58,716 bases of DNA from Verrucomicrobiota bacterium (GCA_045046875.1 JASFYY010000015.1:1-58716); one strand, 5' to 3'; counted from the stretch's first letter, positions 38,964 through 49,754 are shown. Notes: generated from the sequence alone by a model not told the origin. A program made the numbers and translations.

Positions 38964-40415
38964 TTAATTGTCTGGGTGATTGAATTTGAGGGCGAATAGA
39001 TCGGCGTCATGCATAACAAAACGAAGTTGGATTGCCTTGCCTGCCAAGCTGGAGAGGTCGTCGCTCTCGTTCCAGGTGACGGTGCGATTGATGTGATCAC
39101 CCCAGATGGGATCACAATCATCGAGGGAAAATCCGGGCAGGACTTTTCCGTCAGTGTTTTGTATTTCCACCCGGATCTCTCCGGCGGCGCTGGTCGAATA
39201 ATTGATTTCGAGTTGATTGCCAGAAAAAGTCAGGGTTTTGCTGATCATTTCCCCGCCGTCGAGCAAGGCATTGACCGAAGCAAATCCGTCGAGGCGCAGA
39301 GTGTATCGCCGCCCGAGGGTGAGGAAGAGGGACATTTGTGTGGCGCTGGTCTGGTGAATACCGATCGCTGCGTAATTGGCTCGATTGGCCCACCCGCTGG
39401 GGCCGAGGCCGGGTCGGATGAAGGATTGGGTGAACTCGCGATCATAAGAGGCGCCACCGCGGGTGCTCATGAAAAGGATGTCGGTGGCCGCGCCACGTTT
39501 GGCCATGAAGCGGGTCGGTAGGGCGACGTAAATGTGGGGCGCGCGAAAGTAGGGTTGGGTGCAGGCGGTGTAGAGGTGTTCGCCGCTGAGGTTGACGGGG
39601 AGCTCCTGGTAGGGCGTCCAGTGGACAAAATCCTTGGAGGTGGTGCGGGCGATGCCGCGTTTGCCGTTGATAAAACGGCGGAAGTAACAGATGTAGGCTT
39701 GTTCGGAATCCGACCAGAAGGCGTAGTTTTGGGAGTCAAAGTATTTGCCCCATTGTTCGGGAATGACAGGCTGGTCTTGTAGTTTTTTCCAATGGATGCC
39801 GTCGGGCGAGACGTAGGCTTTGAGCCCCCCCGGTCCGCGTTTGTCCCGCACCGCAAGGTGTTCCTTGTGCGACTGGTAAGCGAGGCCGCCAAGGGCTTTG
39901 TATTTTTCGGCCGCGGGGACTCCGGGCCGGGTATCGATGAAGGGGGTGAAGTTATGATTGGTGAGGAATTCATTCATCAGCACCACATTGCCCTTGGGAA
40001 AGGAGGGGTGATCGGGATAGATGCCGAGCTTGGGTTTGACCCAGTGGATGCCGTCTTTGCTCTCGGCGTAAAGAGTGACTTCGCCTTCGTGGTATTGTTC
40101 CCAGCCTTTTTTCCAGTGATTGTCCTTTTTGGTATCACCGCGGTAGTAAAATTGAAATTTGTCTTTGGCGCGTAGTACGGTGGCGTAGTGACCATGCGGA
40201 CGCGGTGGACTGATCGGGAGCATCAGCTGTGGTCGGTGTAATTTGAGCGTGGTATTTTTGAGTTCGCCGATCAGGTGGCGATCGACAAAAAGTTCGCGGC
40301 GGGATTTGATCTCGATGGGCTTGGCAAAAACCTGAAAAATACAGCAGCCGCTAAGCAAAAGGACGGCAAGTGACGTTTTAAAGTTCAGGAGGGGAGGCTG
40401 GTATAACTTTGTCAT
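38964..40415 (-). CDS. Secreted beta-propeller glycoside-hydrolase-like protein
   Basis: Signal peptide; Asp-box-like repeats SKDGIHW, SPDGIHW, SKDFVHW; FDSQN; LRLDGF. Start set at the second Met to avoid overlap with the divergent gene. Confidence 0.7.
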   Translation of the reverse strand: MTKLYQPPLLNFKTSLAVLLLSGCCIFQVFAKPIEIKSRRELFVDRHLIGELKNTTLKLHRPQLMLPISPPRPHGHYATVLRAKDKFQFYYRGDTKKDNHWKKGWEQYHEGEVTLYAESKDGIHWVKPKLGIYPDHPSFPKGNVVLMNEFLTNHNFTPFIDTRPGVPAAEKYKALGGLAYQSHKEHLAVRDKRGPGGLKAYVSPDGIHWKKLQDQPVIPEQWGKYFDSQNYAFWSDSEQAYICYFRRFINGKRGIARTTSKDFVHWTPYQELPVNLSGEHLYTACTQPYFRAPHIYVALPTRFMAKRGAATDILFMSTRGGASYDREFTQSFIRPGLGPSGWANRANYAAIGIHQTSATQMSLFLTLGRRYTLRLDGFASVNALLDGGEMISKTLTFSGNQLEINYSTSAAGEIRVEIQNTDGKVLPGFSLDDCDPIWGDHINRTVTWNESDDLSSLAGKAIQLRFVMHDADLFALKFNHPDN

Positions 40416-40506
40416 GGGCAAACTATGCCTTGCCAGAGAGGAGGAAGGAAGGGTAAGTTTTGCCAAAATATTGCGACTGAGATCTCGATTGCGCGCGCAC
40501 TACATC

Positions 40507-42120
40507 ATGGAAATTCACGAGTATTTTACCTATTGGGACTGGCTGACGGTGGCGGGCTATCTGGCTTTGACCACCTGGGTGGGTCACAAGATGAAAGGCC
40601 AGCAGGCGAGCATTCGGGATTTTTTCCTTGGCGGACGTTCGCTGCCGTGGCAGGCGGTGAGTGGATCGATCATCGCTACCGAGATCAGCGGGGTGACTTT
40701 CATCGGGGTGCCGGGCATGGTTTTTGCGGCGACCGGTAACTTCACTTACCTGCAGTGGGCTCTGGGTTCGATCATTGCGCGTTTTCTGGTGGGGATGTTT
40801 TTTGTGCGCTATTTTTATGAGCGTGAGATTTACAGTCCCTACGATTTCATGGAAAACCGGATTGGATCCGGGGTGAAACGACTGGCGACGGTCATTTTCT
40901 CGATAGGCAGCATCCTCGGGCAGAGCGTGCGGGTGCTGGTGGCGGCACTGGCTTTGCGGGTGGTGACCAACTTTGGCACGGAATACGATTTTGCCATCTG
41001 TATCGTCATCATTGGTCTGTTTGCGATCGGCTGGACTTTGATGGGCGGCATGCGCACGGTGATCTGGACGGATGTGATGCAGTTCATGTTGTTTGTATTC
41101 GGTGGCGGGGTGGCTTTGATTTGGATCATATCGAGCTTGGACGGGGGCTGGTCGGATTATGTGAATATCGGAGTCGAGGCCGGACGGGAAGCGGGAGCCG
41201 GGGCGCAGGGCAAGTTCACCCTGTTGGACTTGACCACTGATCCGGCAGCGGGATTCACTCTGTGGGTGGCGATTCTGGCCGCGCCGTTTTTGAACTTGTC
41301 GGCTTTCGGGGTGGATCAGTTGAACGCCCAGCGCATGTTTTGTTGTCGCAATGAGGCCGATGCCAAAAAAGCGATCATCTGGAGTTCGGTCGGTCAGTTC
41401 ATCACTTTGCTGATGCTGATGGTGGGGGCGGGTTTGTTTGTTTATTATATTCAGAATCCGCCTAGCGAGGCGGAGGCCGCGCTGTTTCATGAAGACCATG
41501 ACCTGGTCTTTCCCACCTGGATCACTACCACTCTGCCGGTTGGTTTGCGCGGCTTGATTCTAGCCGGGGTTTTTGCCGCGGCGATTTCCAGTTTGGATTC
41601 CATCCTGGCGGCTTTGTCACAGACGACATTGAGCTTGTTTCACAAAACCGGTGCTGATGAGTCCGAAGAGCAGCATCAAAAGTTGTTGCGTGCTTCGCGT
41701 ATGTTGGTCATCGGTTGGGGTATTCTGCTGACTTTGTTTGCGATTTTCCTCGACCGGATGCGGGGGGATATCAATGTGGTGAACCTCGCTTTTGGCATGG
41801 TGTCTTACACGGCGGGCCCCTTGCTGGGGATGTTTCTGGCGGCGATAGTTCCCTGGCGTCATGCCAGTCTGCGAGGCTTGACTCTGGGCTTCATTTTGTC
41901 CTTTGTGACGGTGCTCTATTTCCGTGCTGATCTCTACACGGTAATGATTAATTTTAAAATGATCACTCCCGAATGGGCGGCATCCTTAGGTGGAGTGGCT
42001 TTGAACCCAGATGGCGAAATCGGTCCCTGGCTCAATCATGCCTGGTTGTGGCCGGTAACTACGATGCTCACTTTGGGTTGCGGGCTGATTTTTGGTCATC
42101 CGCGAGCATCGTCGGACTAG
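40507..42120 (+). CDS. Sodium:solute symporter (SSS family)
   Basis: FFLGGRSLPW, GGMRTVIWTDVMQ, DQLNAQR, AAAISSLDS; many TM segments. Confidence 0.92.
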   Translation: MEIHEYFTYWDWLTVAGYLALTTWVGHKMKGQQASIRDFFLGGRSLPWQAVSGSIIATEISGVTFIGVPGMVFAATGNFTYLQWALGSIIARFLVGMFFVRYFYEREIYSPYDFMENRIGSGVKRLATVIFSIGSILGQSVRVLVAALALRVVTNFGTEYDFAICIVIIGLFAIGWTLMGGMRTVIWTDVMQFMLFVFGGGVALIWIISSLDGGWSDYVNIGVEAGREAGAGAQGKFTLLDLTTDPAAGFTLWVAILAAPFLNLSAFGVDQLNAQRMFCCRNEADAKKAIIWSSVGQFITLLMLMVGAGLFVYYIQNPPSEAEAALFHEDHDLVFPTWITTTLPVGLRGLILAGVFAAAISSLDSILAALSQTTLSLFHKTGADESEEQHQKLLRASRMLVIGWGILLTLFAIFLDRMRGDINVVNLAFGMVSYTAGPLLGMFLAAIVPWRHASLRGLTLGFILSFVTVLYFRADLYTVMINFKMITPEWAASLGGVALNPDGEIGPWLNHAWLWPVTTMLTLGCGLIFGHPRASSD

Positions 42121-42617
42121 CCAATGCTGATGCCAGCAGGCTTTGCGAGAGCTTGTTTGCCTCACTAAAAACTAGGGTGCCTTTATAAGCACCCAGGCAT
42201 AACAAAAAATTTTAAAATTTTAAAATTTTGGCTTGCATTGGGGTCTGAATCAGACGTGGGGCTCATTATTAAAAAAATTATCGCTTTTGAGCGTTTTTTA
42301 CTTGTCGAAATTTGTGAATCAGCCTACTAAAAAGACAGACAGTTGGACATCGAGTAAAATTACATTTGGCAGAAATTTTGAAGCATAAAAAGTAGCAAAC
42401 CTGCCATTCACAAACCCCGCTCCAAAAAGCAGACTTCATTCGATCCGACCCGGCTAGAGACGATATAATAATGACACCTTTAAGGTTATGTTTCATAACT
42501 TGTTTATAATGAATAATTTAGATAATAGAGTTGAGTTGATTTTGATGATAAGTGATAAAATGGGTCTTGAGTGCCCGGCAGTGAAAGGTTTGTCGATTAG
42601 CTGATCGAGCGCTGCCT
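42121..42617. promoter_or_regulatory. AT-rich intergenic region upstream of dnaA (candidate oriC / dnaA promoter)
   Basis: (AAAATTTT)x3 at 42206-42229. Near-consensus DnaA boxes TGATTCACA (minus, 42313-42321) and TTATAAACA (minus, 42501-42509). No perfect TTATCCACA. Confidence 0.4.
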
Positions 42618-44183
42618 ATGCAAACTAATCAAACAGCAATCGCCGCCTCTGAAATCGCAGGGGAAGAGCAGCGGCAGGGTTTTTGGCAACAGGTGCTCTC
42701 CGGGCTGCAAAAACGTCTGGGGGAGAACGCCGTGGAGCGTTGGTTTTCAAATGTCAAACTGCAGAAAATCGATCAGGATGCGGTCTGGATCGAGACACCC
42801 AACTTGATCTTCCAAGTGTGGATTGAGGAGAATTTTGAACAGGTTCTGCAAGAGATCCTGAATGCGACGATCATTGACTGCCCGCCAGTGCGGTTGTTGG
42901 TGGCCGGGGAGGAACTGGAAGCCGAGGAAGAGGCACCTGCCAAGCGCGGTAAAAAGTCTGCGGCAAAAAATAAAAAATCATCGAAGCAAGAACAAGCTGA
43001 GGATGAGGTCGGTGAAGGAGGTGGCAGCCAAGCCCTGTCGGATTTACAACGACGCGGAAAAAAATCGGGTTTGTCTGATCGTTATTCGTTGGACAATTTT
43101 GTGGTTGGAGAAAACAACCGCATGTCACACGCGGCAGCGGTGGCGGTGGCGGAAAAGCCTGCGACCAAATATTCGCCGCTGTTTATTTATTCCTGTTCGG
43201 GTTTGGGTAAAACCCATCTGATGCACGCGATTGGTTGGGAGGCTTTGCGTCGTCGACCTAAATCCAGTGTGCTTTATATTTCGGCAGAGGCTTTTGCCAA
43301 TGACTACATAACCGGACTGCAGAATCATTCTCTGGGTGCTTTTCGTAAAAAATACCGCAAGGCGGATATTTTGCTGATTGATGATGTGCATTTTCTGGCA
43401 GGCAAAGAGGCGATGCAGGAGGAATTTTTCCATACCTTCAATACTCTGATGGATGGTCATAAGCAGATTGTGATTTCCAGTGACCGCCCGCCGGGTGAGA
43501 TCCAATCGCTACAGGATCGCCTGGTGACGCGTTTTCAGTGGGGTCTGTCGGTGGAGGTGCAACCACCCGAGATCGAAACCCGGATCGCGATTTTGCGTAG
43601 AAAACGGGATGACTGGGGTGTGGAGGTGTCTGACTGGGTGATCGAGTTTGTCGCGGAGCGGATTCGCAGCAATGTGCGCCTGATGGAAGGTGCGCTGATG
43701 CGGGTGGCAACGGTGACATCCCTGAACGGCGAATGTCTCGATGAAGATGCCTTGGAGGATTTGTTGATGGACTTCACTCGTGAGGAGGACGCCAAGGATG
43801 TGACGGTGGACGCCATCATGTCTGCGGTGGCCGAGCACTACGACCTACGGGTGGTGGAGTTGACTGGTCGTCGTCGTCTGGCACGGATCGCTTTGTCTCG
43901 CCAGGTGGCGATGCATTTGACCCGTCAGTTGACAGGGTTGTCGCTCAAGGAAATTGGTGAGGAATTTGGTGGTCGTGACCACGGCACGGTTTTACACGCT
44001 GATCGCTCGATCAAAGCGAAAATGGAGAAAACCTCCAGTTTGCGTAAAGCGGTGGAATTTTTGAAACGTCGTTTGACCCGTGGCGGGGCAAGTTCCGGCC
44101 GCTGGAGGCCTGAATCGACGATGAAAAAACGTGCCGGGCATGAGGATCATGGGCGTTCCATTGGCTTCAAGGGCAAGGTTTAA
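42618..44183 (+). CDS. dnaA: Chromosomal replication initiator DnaA
   Basis: YSPLFIYSCSGLGKTHL, LLIDDVHFL, QEEFFHTFN, SDRPP, EFGGRDHGTVLHA. Confidence 0.96.
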   Translation: MQTNQTAIAASEIAGEEQRQGFWQQVLSGLQKRLGENAVERWFSNVKLQKIDQDAVWIETPNLIFQVWIEENFEQVLQEILNATIIDCPPVRLLVAGEELEAEEEAPAKRGKKSAAKNKKSSKQEQAEDEVGEGGGSQALSDLQRRGKKSGLSDRYSLDNFVVGENNRMSHAAAVAVAEKPATKYSPLFIYSCSGLGKTHLMHAIGWEALRRRPKSSVLYISAEAFANDYITGLQNHSLGAFRKKYRKADILLIDDVHFLAGKEAMQEEFFHTFNTLMDGHKQIVISSDRPPGEIQSLQDRLVTRFQWGLSVEVQPPEIETRIAILRRKRDDWGVEVSDWVIEFVAERIRSNVRLMEGALMRVATVTSLNGECLDEDALEDLLMDFTREEDAKDVTVDAIMSAVAEHYDLRVVELTGRRRLARIALSRQVAMHLTRQLTGLSLKEIGEEFGGRDHGTVLHADRSIKAKMEKTSSLRKAVEFLKRRLTRGGASSGRWRPESTMKKRAGHEDHGRSIGFKGKV

Positions 44184-44375
44184 ACTGTGCGGTTTGTGTG
44201 CGTGACGGAAGCGGCTCTTTGCAAGGGCTGGCTGGCTGTGTGCTTTTTTACAAATCGGTATAGACATTTTGTCGAATTGCGTCCAAACTTTGCAGCAATT
44301 CCGCCTATTGCCCATATAGGGTGCGGGGTAAACAAGCCCCATTGGTTAAAATTGGCGCGGAGTTAACGAAAAGTC

Positions 44376-45473
44376 ATGAAATTTCAGATCGAAAGAGACG
44401 CCTTCCTGGAAGGCTTGCAGCAGGTTCAGCATGTGGTTAGTGCCCGTACGACTTTGCCAATTTTATCGAATGTCCTCATTGAAGCGGAGAATGGTCAGTT
44501 GCGACTGACCACGACCGACCTTGATGTGGGTGTGAGTGGCATTGCCAAGGCGGAAGTCGAGAAGGGTGGGGCGACCACTTTACCGGCTCGCCGTTTGGTT
44601 AATATTATCCGCGAGCTGCCGAGTTCGGAAGTTTCCATCGAGGTTGATGATGATAATGTGGCTTCGATCCGCAGTGGTCCTAGTTTTTTCAAAATCCTCG
44701 GATTGGATAGAGACGAATTTCCACCATTGCCGAGTTTTGAAGAGTCGAAAGAATTTGTGATCGACCAGAAAATTCTCAAAGAAGCTTTGCGCAAGACTTC
44801 TTATGCCATTTCCACTGACGAGACCCGTTATGTGCTCAATGGTATCCTTTGCTCTTTCAAATCGAACGCGCTCACCATGGTGGCGACGGACGGACGACGT
44901 CTGGCGATGGTCGAACAGGAAATTGATTTCCCCGAAGGAAACGAAACCGATGTCATCATTCCGACCAAAGCGGTGCAAGAGTTGTTGCGCCTGTTAGGTG
45001 ATAAGGGCGATGTGCGGGTGCGTCTGACCGATAGTCAGGTGGTATTTGAGCTGGGCGACAATTTACTGGTGAGTAAGTTGATCGAGGGGAATTACCCGAA
45101 CTACCGCCAGGTGATTCCGAGTGAAACCAAGGAGCGGGTCACTTTGGAGCGCGAGGTATTGCTTGAGTCGGTGCGCCGTGTGGCTTTGCTGACCAGTGAA
45201 AAGTCTAATTCAGTGCGCTTGAAATTTGAAGAAGACCAGCTTCACATCATGGCGAACTCGCCGGATATTGGTGAAGCGACCGAATCTTTGCACATCAAAT
45301 ACTCGGGGCCTACCATTACGGTGGCATTTAATCCGGAGTTTTTAATGGCTCCACTGCGCAATTTGGATAAAGACGAGATCTATTTTGATCTGATCGATGA
45401 CATGAGCCCAGGGGTGATCAAAATCGACGAGCCTTTCATCTACGTTTTGATGCCGATGCGAGTGAATCAGTAG
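44376..45473 (+). CDS. dnaN: DNA polymerase III beta sliding clamp
   Basis: TLPILSNVLI, ATDGRRL, LIEGNYPNYRQVIP, VLMPMR. Confidence 0.97.
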   Translation: MKFQIERDAFLEGLQQVQHVVSARTTLPILSNVLIEAENGQLRLTTTDLDVGVSGIAKAEVEKGGATTLPARRLVNIIRELPSSEVSIEVDDDNVASIRSGPSFFKILGLDRDEFPPLPSFEESKEFVIDQKILKEALRKTSYAISTDETRYVLNGILCSFKSNALTMVATDGRRLAMVEQEIDFPEGNETDVIIPTKAVQELLRLLGDKGDVRVRLTDSQVVFELGDNLLVSKLIEGNYPNYRQVIPSETKERVTLEREVLLESVRRVALLTSEKSNSVRLKFEEDQLHIMANSPDIGEATESLHIKYSGPTITVAFNPEFLMAPLRNLDKDEIYFDLIDDMSPGVIKIDEPFIYVLMPMRVNQ

Positions 45474-45492
45474 TCGGCTGATACCGACAGAC

Positions 45493-45690
45493 TCACAACG
45501 CGCCGAGTTCGTCTTCCTTGTCGAAGACTTGCTGGTTGGTTTTTGTATCGGATTGGAAAGGCTTTTTGATAATGGTGTCGCTGTAGATGGTATTTCCACT
45601 ACTGTCTTTAACCGTTCGTTTTGCCACACAAGAAGTGAGGGTCAAGGTGAGAGAGGCTGCTAGGATCAGAAATATTCTGGTTGAATTCAT
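45493..45690 (-). CDS. Small lipoprotein
   Basis: Signal peptide with lipobox LTS-C; 65 aa. Confidence 0.7.
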   Translation of the reverse strand: MNSTRIFLILAASLTLTLTSCVAKRTVKDSSGNTIYSDTIIKKPFQSDTKTNQQVFDKEDELGAL

Positions 45691-45842
45691 GGCACTAGGG
45701 TAAGGGTGGTTCTGGCTCTATTCAACAATGGGCAGTGGCCAGGGGTGCCACTGTTTGAACGATTTGCTTCTGGCAGGAGTCGAACTTCACTATGACTGCC
45801 CCCTTTTGCTCATTGTTTGCTCATTCACAATATTTAGTGAAA

Positions 45843-47252
45843 ATGAAGGTGAGAGCAGCAGTCGTGATTTTGTTGGTTTCCAGCGCGTCTCTACTTGCTC
45901 AAAAGGGAGTCGAGCCCATGCAGTGGAAAGCGGGTGCCGCTGTTGTTTCGCTTATTCCCAAGGGGCCGATGTACATGGAAGGTTACGCGGCACGCACCGA
46001 GCCGGCCGAAGGACAGGCAAGTGGCCTGTTTGCCAAAGCGTTGGCGGTGGAGGACAAGTCGGGTAACCGAGTGGTGATGATCACTACCGATTTGATCAGC
46101 GTGCCACGACCAGTTCGAGACTGGTTGGAGGCCGAAGTCGCTAAAAAATACCAGCTGCCGGCGCAAAGTCTGTTGATCAATTGTTCACACACCCATTGTG
46201 GACCGGAGTTGCGCACGACCCAATCCGGATTGATGGGCAAAGCGCCCGAGCGCCAAAAACTTGCCGTAGCTTACGTCACTAAATTACAACAGGACCTGCT
46301 TATTCTGGTGGGAGACGCCTTAGCTGATCTAGCGCCTGCTCAATTGTCTTACTGCCATGCTCGCGCGGCTTTTGCGATGAACCGAAGAACCCCGACTGAT
46401 ACGGGTTTCAAAAATTTCCCTAATCCTGACGGGCCGGTTGATCACGATGTTCCTGTATTAAAAGTAGAACAGGCTGGGGGTAAACTAAAAGCGGTCTTGT
46501 TTGGTTACGCTTGCCATAATACCACTCTGGGCTTCCAGAAATTTTGTGGAGATTACGCGGGTTTTGCCCAGCAGTATCTGCAAGAGGCTAATCCCGATAC
46601 GCTTGCTTTGTTTATGATGGGTTGTGGTGGCGATCAGAACCCCTATCCCCGGCGTACGTTGGATCTGGCCCAGCAACATGGCCGCACGCTTGCCAATGCC
46701 GTTGAGTCTGCCTTGGACACCCAGGCACGCCCTTTGAGCGGACCTTTGCGTGCGGCGTATGAAACGGTCACGGTGGATTATGCCAAAGCGCCGAGTAAAG
46801 AGCAGGTGATCGCCTTGACTCAATCAAAAAACAAATATGACAAGGCCTGGGGTGAGCGCCTGATGGTAGAACTGAAGGACAAAGGCAAGCTTCGCGAGCA
46901 TTATGACGCACCGATACAAGTGCTGCAATTTGGCACGGGACTCACTTTAATCGCACTGCCGGGTGAGACCATGGTGGACTATTCCTTGCGCTTGAAAAGA
47001 GAGCTGAAAAACGGGGAAGCTGGCGCGTCGGCGGTTTGGGTGGCGGGTTATTCGAATGATGTGTGGGCTTACCTGCCCAGTTTACGGGTTTTGAAAGAAG
47101 GCGGTTATGAAGGGGGGGACTCGATGAAATATTTCACCACCACGGTGCAACCGGGACCTTTTTCTGATACGATTGAGAAACGCATCGTTGGCAAGGTGCA
47201 CGAATTGATCGAGCAAGTGAAGGTAGCAAAAAACAAGCAGGGCGCTCAATGA
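45843..47252 (+). CDS. Neutral/alkaline ceramidase-like amidohydrolase
   Basis: SHTHCGP, FGYACHNT, GDQNP, YLPS...GGYEG; signal peptide from Met 45843. Confidence 0.8.
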   Translation: MKVRAAVVILLVSSASLLAQKGVEPMQWKAGAAVVSLIPKGPMYMEGYAARTEPAEGQASGLFAKALAVEDKSGNRVVMITTDLISVPRPVRDWLEAEVAKKYQLPAQSLLINCSHTHCGPELRTTQSGLMGKAPERQKLAVAYVTKLQQDLLILVGDALADLAPAQLSYCHARAAFAMNRRTPTDTGFKNFPNPDGPVDHDVPVLKVEQAGGKLKAVLFGYACHNTTLGFQKFCGDYAGFAQQYLQEANPDTLALFMMGCGGDQNPYPRRTLDLAQQHGRTLANAVESALDTQARPLSGPLRAAYETVTVDYAKAPSKEQVIALTQSKNKYDKAWGERLMVELKDKGKLREHYDAPIQVLQFGTGLTLIALPGETMVDYSLRLKRELKNGEAGASAVWVAGYSNDVWAYLPSLRVLKEGGYEGGDSMKYFTTTVQPGPFSDTIEKRIVGKVHELIEQVKVAKNKQGAQ

Positions 47253-48610
47253 GTTTTAACCAACAGATTTCATCAAACCTTACCCGTCGTGCGGCGATGG
47301 GGATGATGAGTGGTGGGGCTTTGAGCGCTTTGATGAATCAATGTTCACAGGCAGCGGCTACGAATGGCGGCCCTGCAGGTAAAGCCAAAGCGGTGATTTT
47401 GATTTTCAACGGCGGGGCACCGAGTCATACGGATCTGTGGGATATGAAACCTGATGCTCCGTCCGAAGTGCGGGGTATTTTTAAACCCATCAGAACTAGC
47501 GTGCCGGGAATTCACATTTCCGAGCTGCTTCCGCAAATGGCCAAACGTATGGATAAACTAGCCATTGTGCGCAGTGTCCACCACAAACACACCAGTCACA
47601 ATGCGGGCATGTACTGGTCAACGGTGGGGCGTCCTTATCGGATCAATAGTACACTGATACACCCGAGCAAAACGGATGATCCCTGTGTGGGCACTTTAGT
47701 AGGTTGGTTGGCACAGCGTGATGGTTATACGGGGGCGGTGCCGCCCTACGTCATCACCCCCTATCCTCACTGTGACAGTCGGGTGTATGAGACGCCGGGC
47801 CAGTATGGCGGGTGCCTGGGTGTGGGCTACGACCCTTTTGTCTTGAATGCCGATCCTAATGCCAAGGATTTCAAGGTGCGCAATGTTGCCTTGTCAGACA
47901 ATATGTCTGCCCAGCGTTTCAATGAGCGCTTAGGTTTGTTGAGGAATTTATCAGAAGGATCCCAAGCTGTGAGTTCATCTACGGCAGTGCAGATGGAGGT
48001 TTTTAATCGTAAAGCTGCCTCTATGCTGAAATCAGGGGAAGCTGCGGATGCATTTGACCTGACTAAAGAAAGTGATGCCATGCGTGAGCGTTATGGGCGA
48101 CATCGCTGGGGGCAATCTCATTTGTTAGCCCGGCGGTTGGTAGAATCAGGCACTCGTTTTGTGACTACGGTCAATGGACCAAGCATTACCTGGGACACTC
48201 ATAAGGATAATTTTACTTCTCTTAAAGACCGTTTGGTTCCACCGATGGAGCAGGCTTATGCCACTCTGTTGGATGATTTGGAAGACCGGGGGATGCTTGA
48301 CTCCACCTTGGTGGTGTGGATGGGCGAATTTGGTCGCACGCCCAAAATCAATAAAGATGCGGGTCGGGATCATTGGCCGGGCTGTTATAGTGTGGTGCTC
48401 GCAGGTGGTGGCATCCAGGGAGGTCAGGTGGTAGGTGAGTCGGACTCGATTGGTGCTTATCCCAGCGAGCGGCCGGTTGCTCCGTCTGATATCCATGCCA
48501 CGATTTTTGCGGCGATGGGCTATAAGTCCAGCGGCATGACTTACCCTTCCGTGGACGGGCGACCGATTCCATTGACTGATGGTAAGGTCATTGGTGAGCT
48601 GTTGGCTTGA
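47249..48610 (+). CDS. DUF1501 family protein (Tat-exported, sulfatase-like fold)
   Basis: TRR Tat motif; GAPSHTDLWDMKP; WDTH; GEFGRTP; GRDHWP. Confidence 0.9.
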   Translation: MSFNQQISSNLTRRAAMGMMSGGALSALMNQCSQAAATNGGPAGKAKAVILIFNGGAPSHTDLWDMKPDAPSEVRGIFKPIRTSVPGIHISELLPQMAKRMDKLAIVRSVHHKHTSHNAGMYWSTVGRPYRINSTLIHPSKTDDPCVGTLVGWLAQRDGYTGAVPPYVITPYPHCDSRVYETPGQYGGCLGVGYDPFVLNADPNAKDFKVRNVALSDNMSAQRFNERLGLLRNLSEGSQAVSSSTAVQMEVFNRKAASMLKSGEAADAFDLTKESDAMRERYGRHRWGQSHLLARRLVESGTRFVTTVNGPSITWDTHKDNFTSLKDRLVPPMEQAYATLLDDLEDRGMLDSTLVVWMGEFGRTPKINKDAGRDHWPGCYSVVLAGGGIQGGQVVGESDSIGAYPSERPVAPSDIHATIFAAMGYKSSGMTYPSVDGRPIPLTDGKVIGELLA

Positions 48611-48719
48611 GCGGCTGGTGTTTATGAAAACAGCACGGCTTCGTGTTTGCTGGAAGATAGTCGATAAGACTATTCTCTATTAGCGATACGATTATTCAAT
48701 TATTGTCATTTGCTAAGAT

Positions 48720-49754
48720 TCAAATGAGTTCGAGCTGTTGCTTGATTGCCTTGATCACCTGTTGCGGAGTGATCAGGTCCATAGAAGTTTGCGGTGTTTT
48801 GATTTGAAAATCTTCTTCGCCCAGCGGTTGATCATGACCGGCGAGGATAACTTGGGCTTGTTGGTTCAGCGGTCGCCAGTGGTAAGGATTAGTCGGGCCA
48901 TACAAAACAATCTGGGGTCTTTCGAAGGCGGAGGCGAGGTGCATAGCAGCGGTATCGACTCCAAGTGTGATGTGGGCTTGTGAAATAACGTAAGCGGTTT
49001 GAGCCAAGCTGATGGTGCCGGAGAGGTCAACGATTTGATTGCGGGCTTCGCGGCTGCAGGATGATTGGATGGAGGTGATGTGGGCCATTTCTTCATCATC
49101 GGATCCGCCGGTGATGACGATGGGCAGATTCCTTCCAGTGACCAGGTGATCAATGACGGTGGCCCAGTCGGCGGGGCTCCAATATTTTTCCGAACGGGCA
49201 GTGCCGGGATGAATGAGAGCGAATTCAGTATCAGGGCTAAAGTCATGCTGCTGCAGGATTTGTTGTGATTTTTTTTGAATGGATGCGGGGATTTCCAGCT
49301 GTAGGGGTTCGGGTCTGGTTTCGGGAATAATATCCATCGTTTCCAGCAGCGCGCACATGTGATCAATGGTGTGCAGCTTTTTGAGAGAAGCGGAATTGGT
49401 GTGAGTGAAAATGGTCGAACGGGGAAAACCCACCGCGCGTTTGGTGTAAGCGCAGCGTTTGGTCGCTCCGGCGACCAGGCTCATGGCGACGGATCGGTCA
49501 GTGCCATCAAAATCGAGGGAGACATCGTAGTGCTCACTCAGCAGAGTTGCCCAGATGGCGGAATTGGCTTTGCCAGAACGGTAGTTCAAATGTTCGTCGA
49601 TGCCGGGAATACATGAAGCCAGCTGCCCGGCTGCGTCAGCGGTGACCAGGGTGATGTGCGCGTCAGGGCGGTGACGCCGAAGCAGACGTATCGCCGGGGC
49701 GGTCAGGATGAGGTCGCCGATGCGTTTGATCTGGATGGCAAGGATTCTTTCCAT
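48720..49754 (-). CDS. Glycosyltransferase family 9 (LPS heptosyltransferase-like)
   Basis: KRIGDLILTAP, IHPGT, GVDTAAMHLASA, LYGPT. Confidence 0.9.
   Translation of the reverse strand: MERILAIQIKRIGDLILTAPAIRLLRRHRPDAHITLVTADAAGQLASCIPGIDEHLNYRSGKANSAIWATLLSEHYDVSLDFDGTDRSVAMSLVAGATKRCAYTKRAVGFPRSTIFTHTNSASLKKLHTIDHMCALLETMDIIPETRPEPLQLEIPASIQKKSQQILQQHDFSPDTEFALIHPGTARSEKYWSPADWATVIDHLVTGRNLPIVITGGSDDEEMAHITSIQSSCSREARNQIVDLSGTISLAQTAYVISQAHITLGVDTAAMHLASAFERPQIVLYGPTNPYHWRPLNQQAQVILAGHDQPLGEEDFQIKTPQTSMDLITPQQVIKAIKQQLELI

Noticed and set aside
40423..41499. 358-aa minus-strand ORF
   Set aside because: Antisense shadow of the SSS transporter gene.
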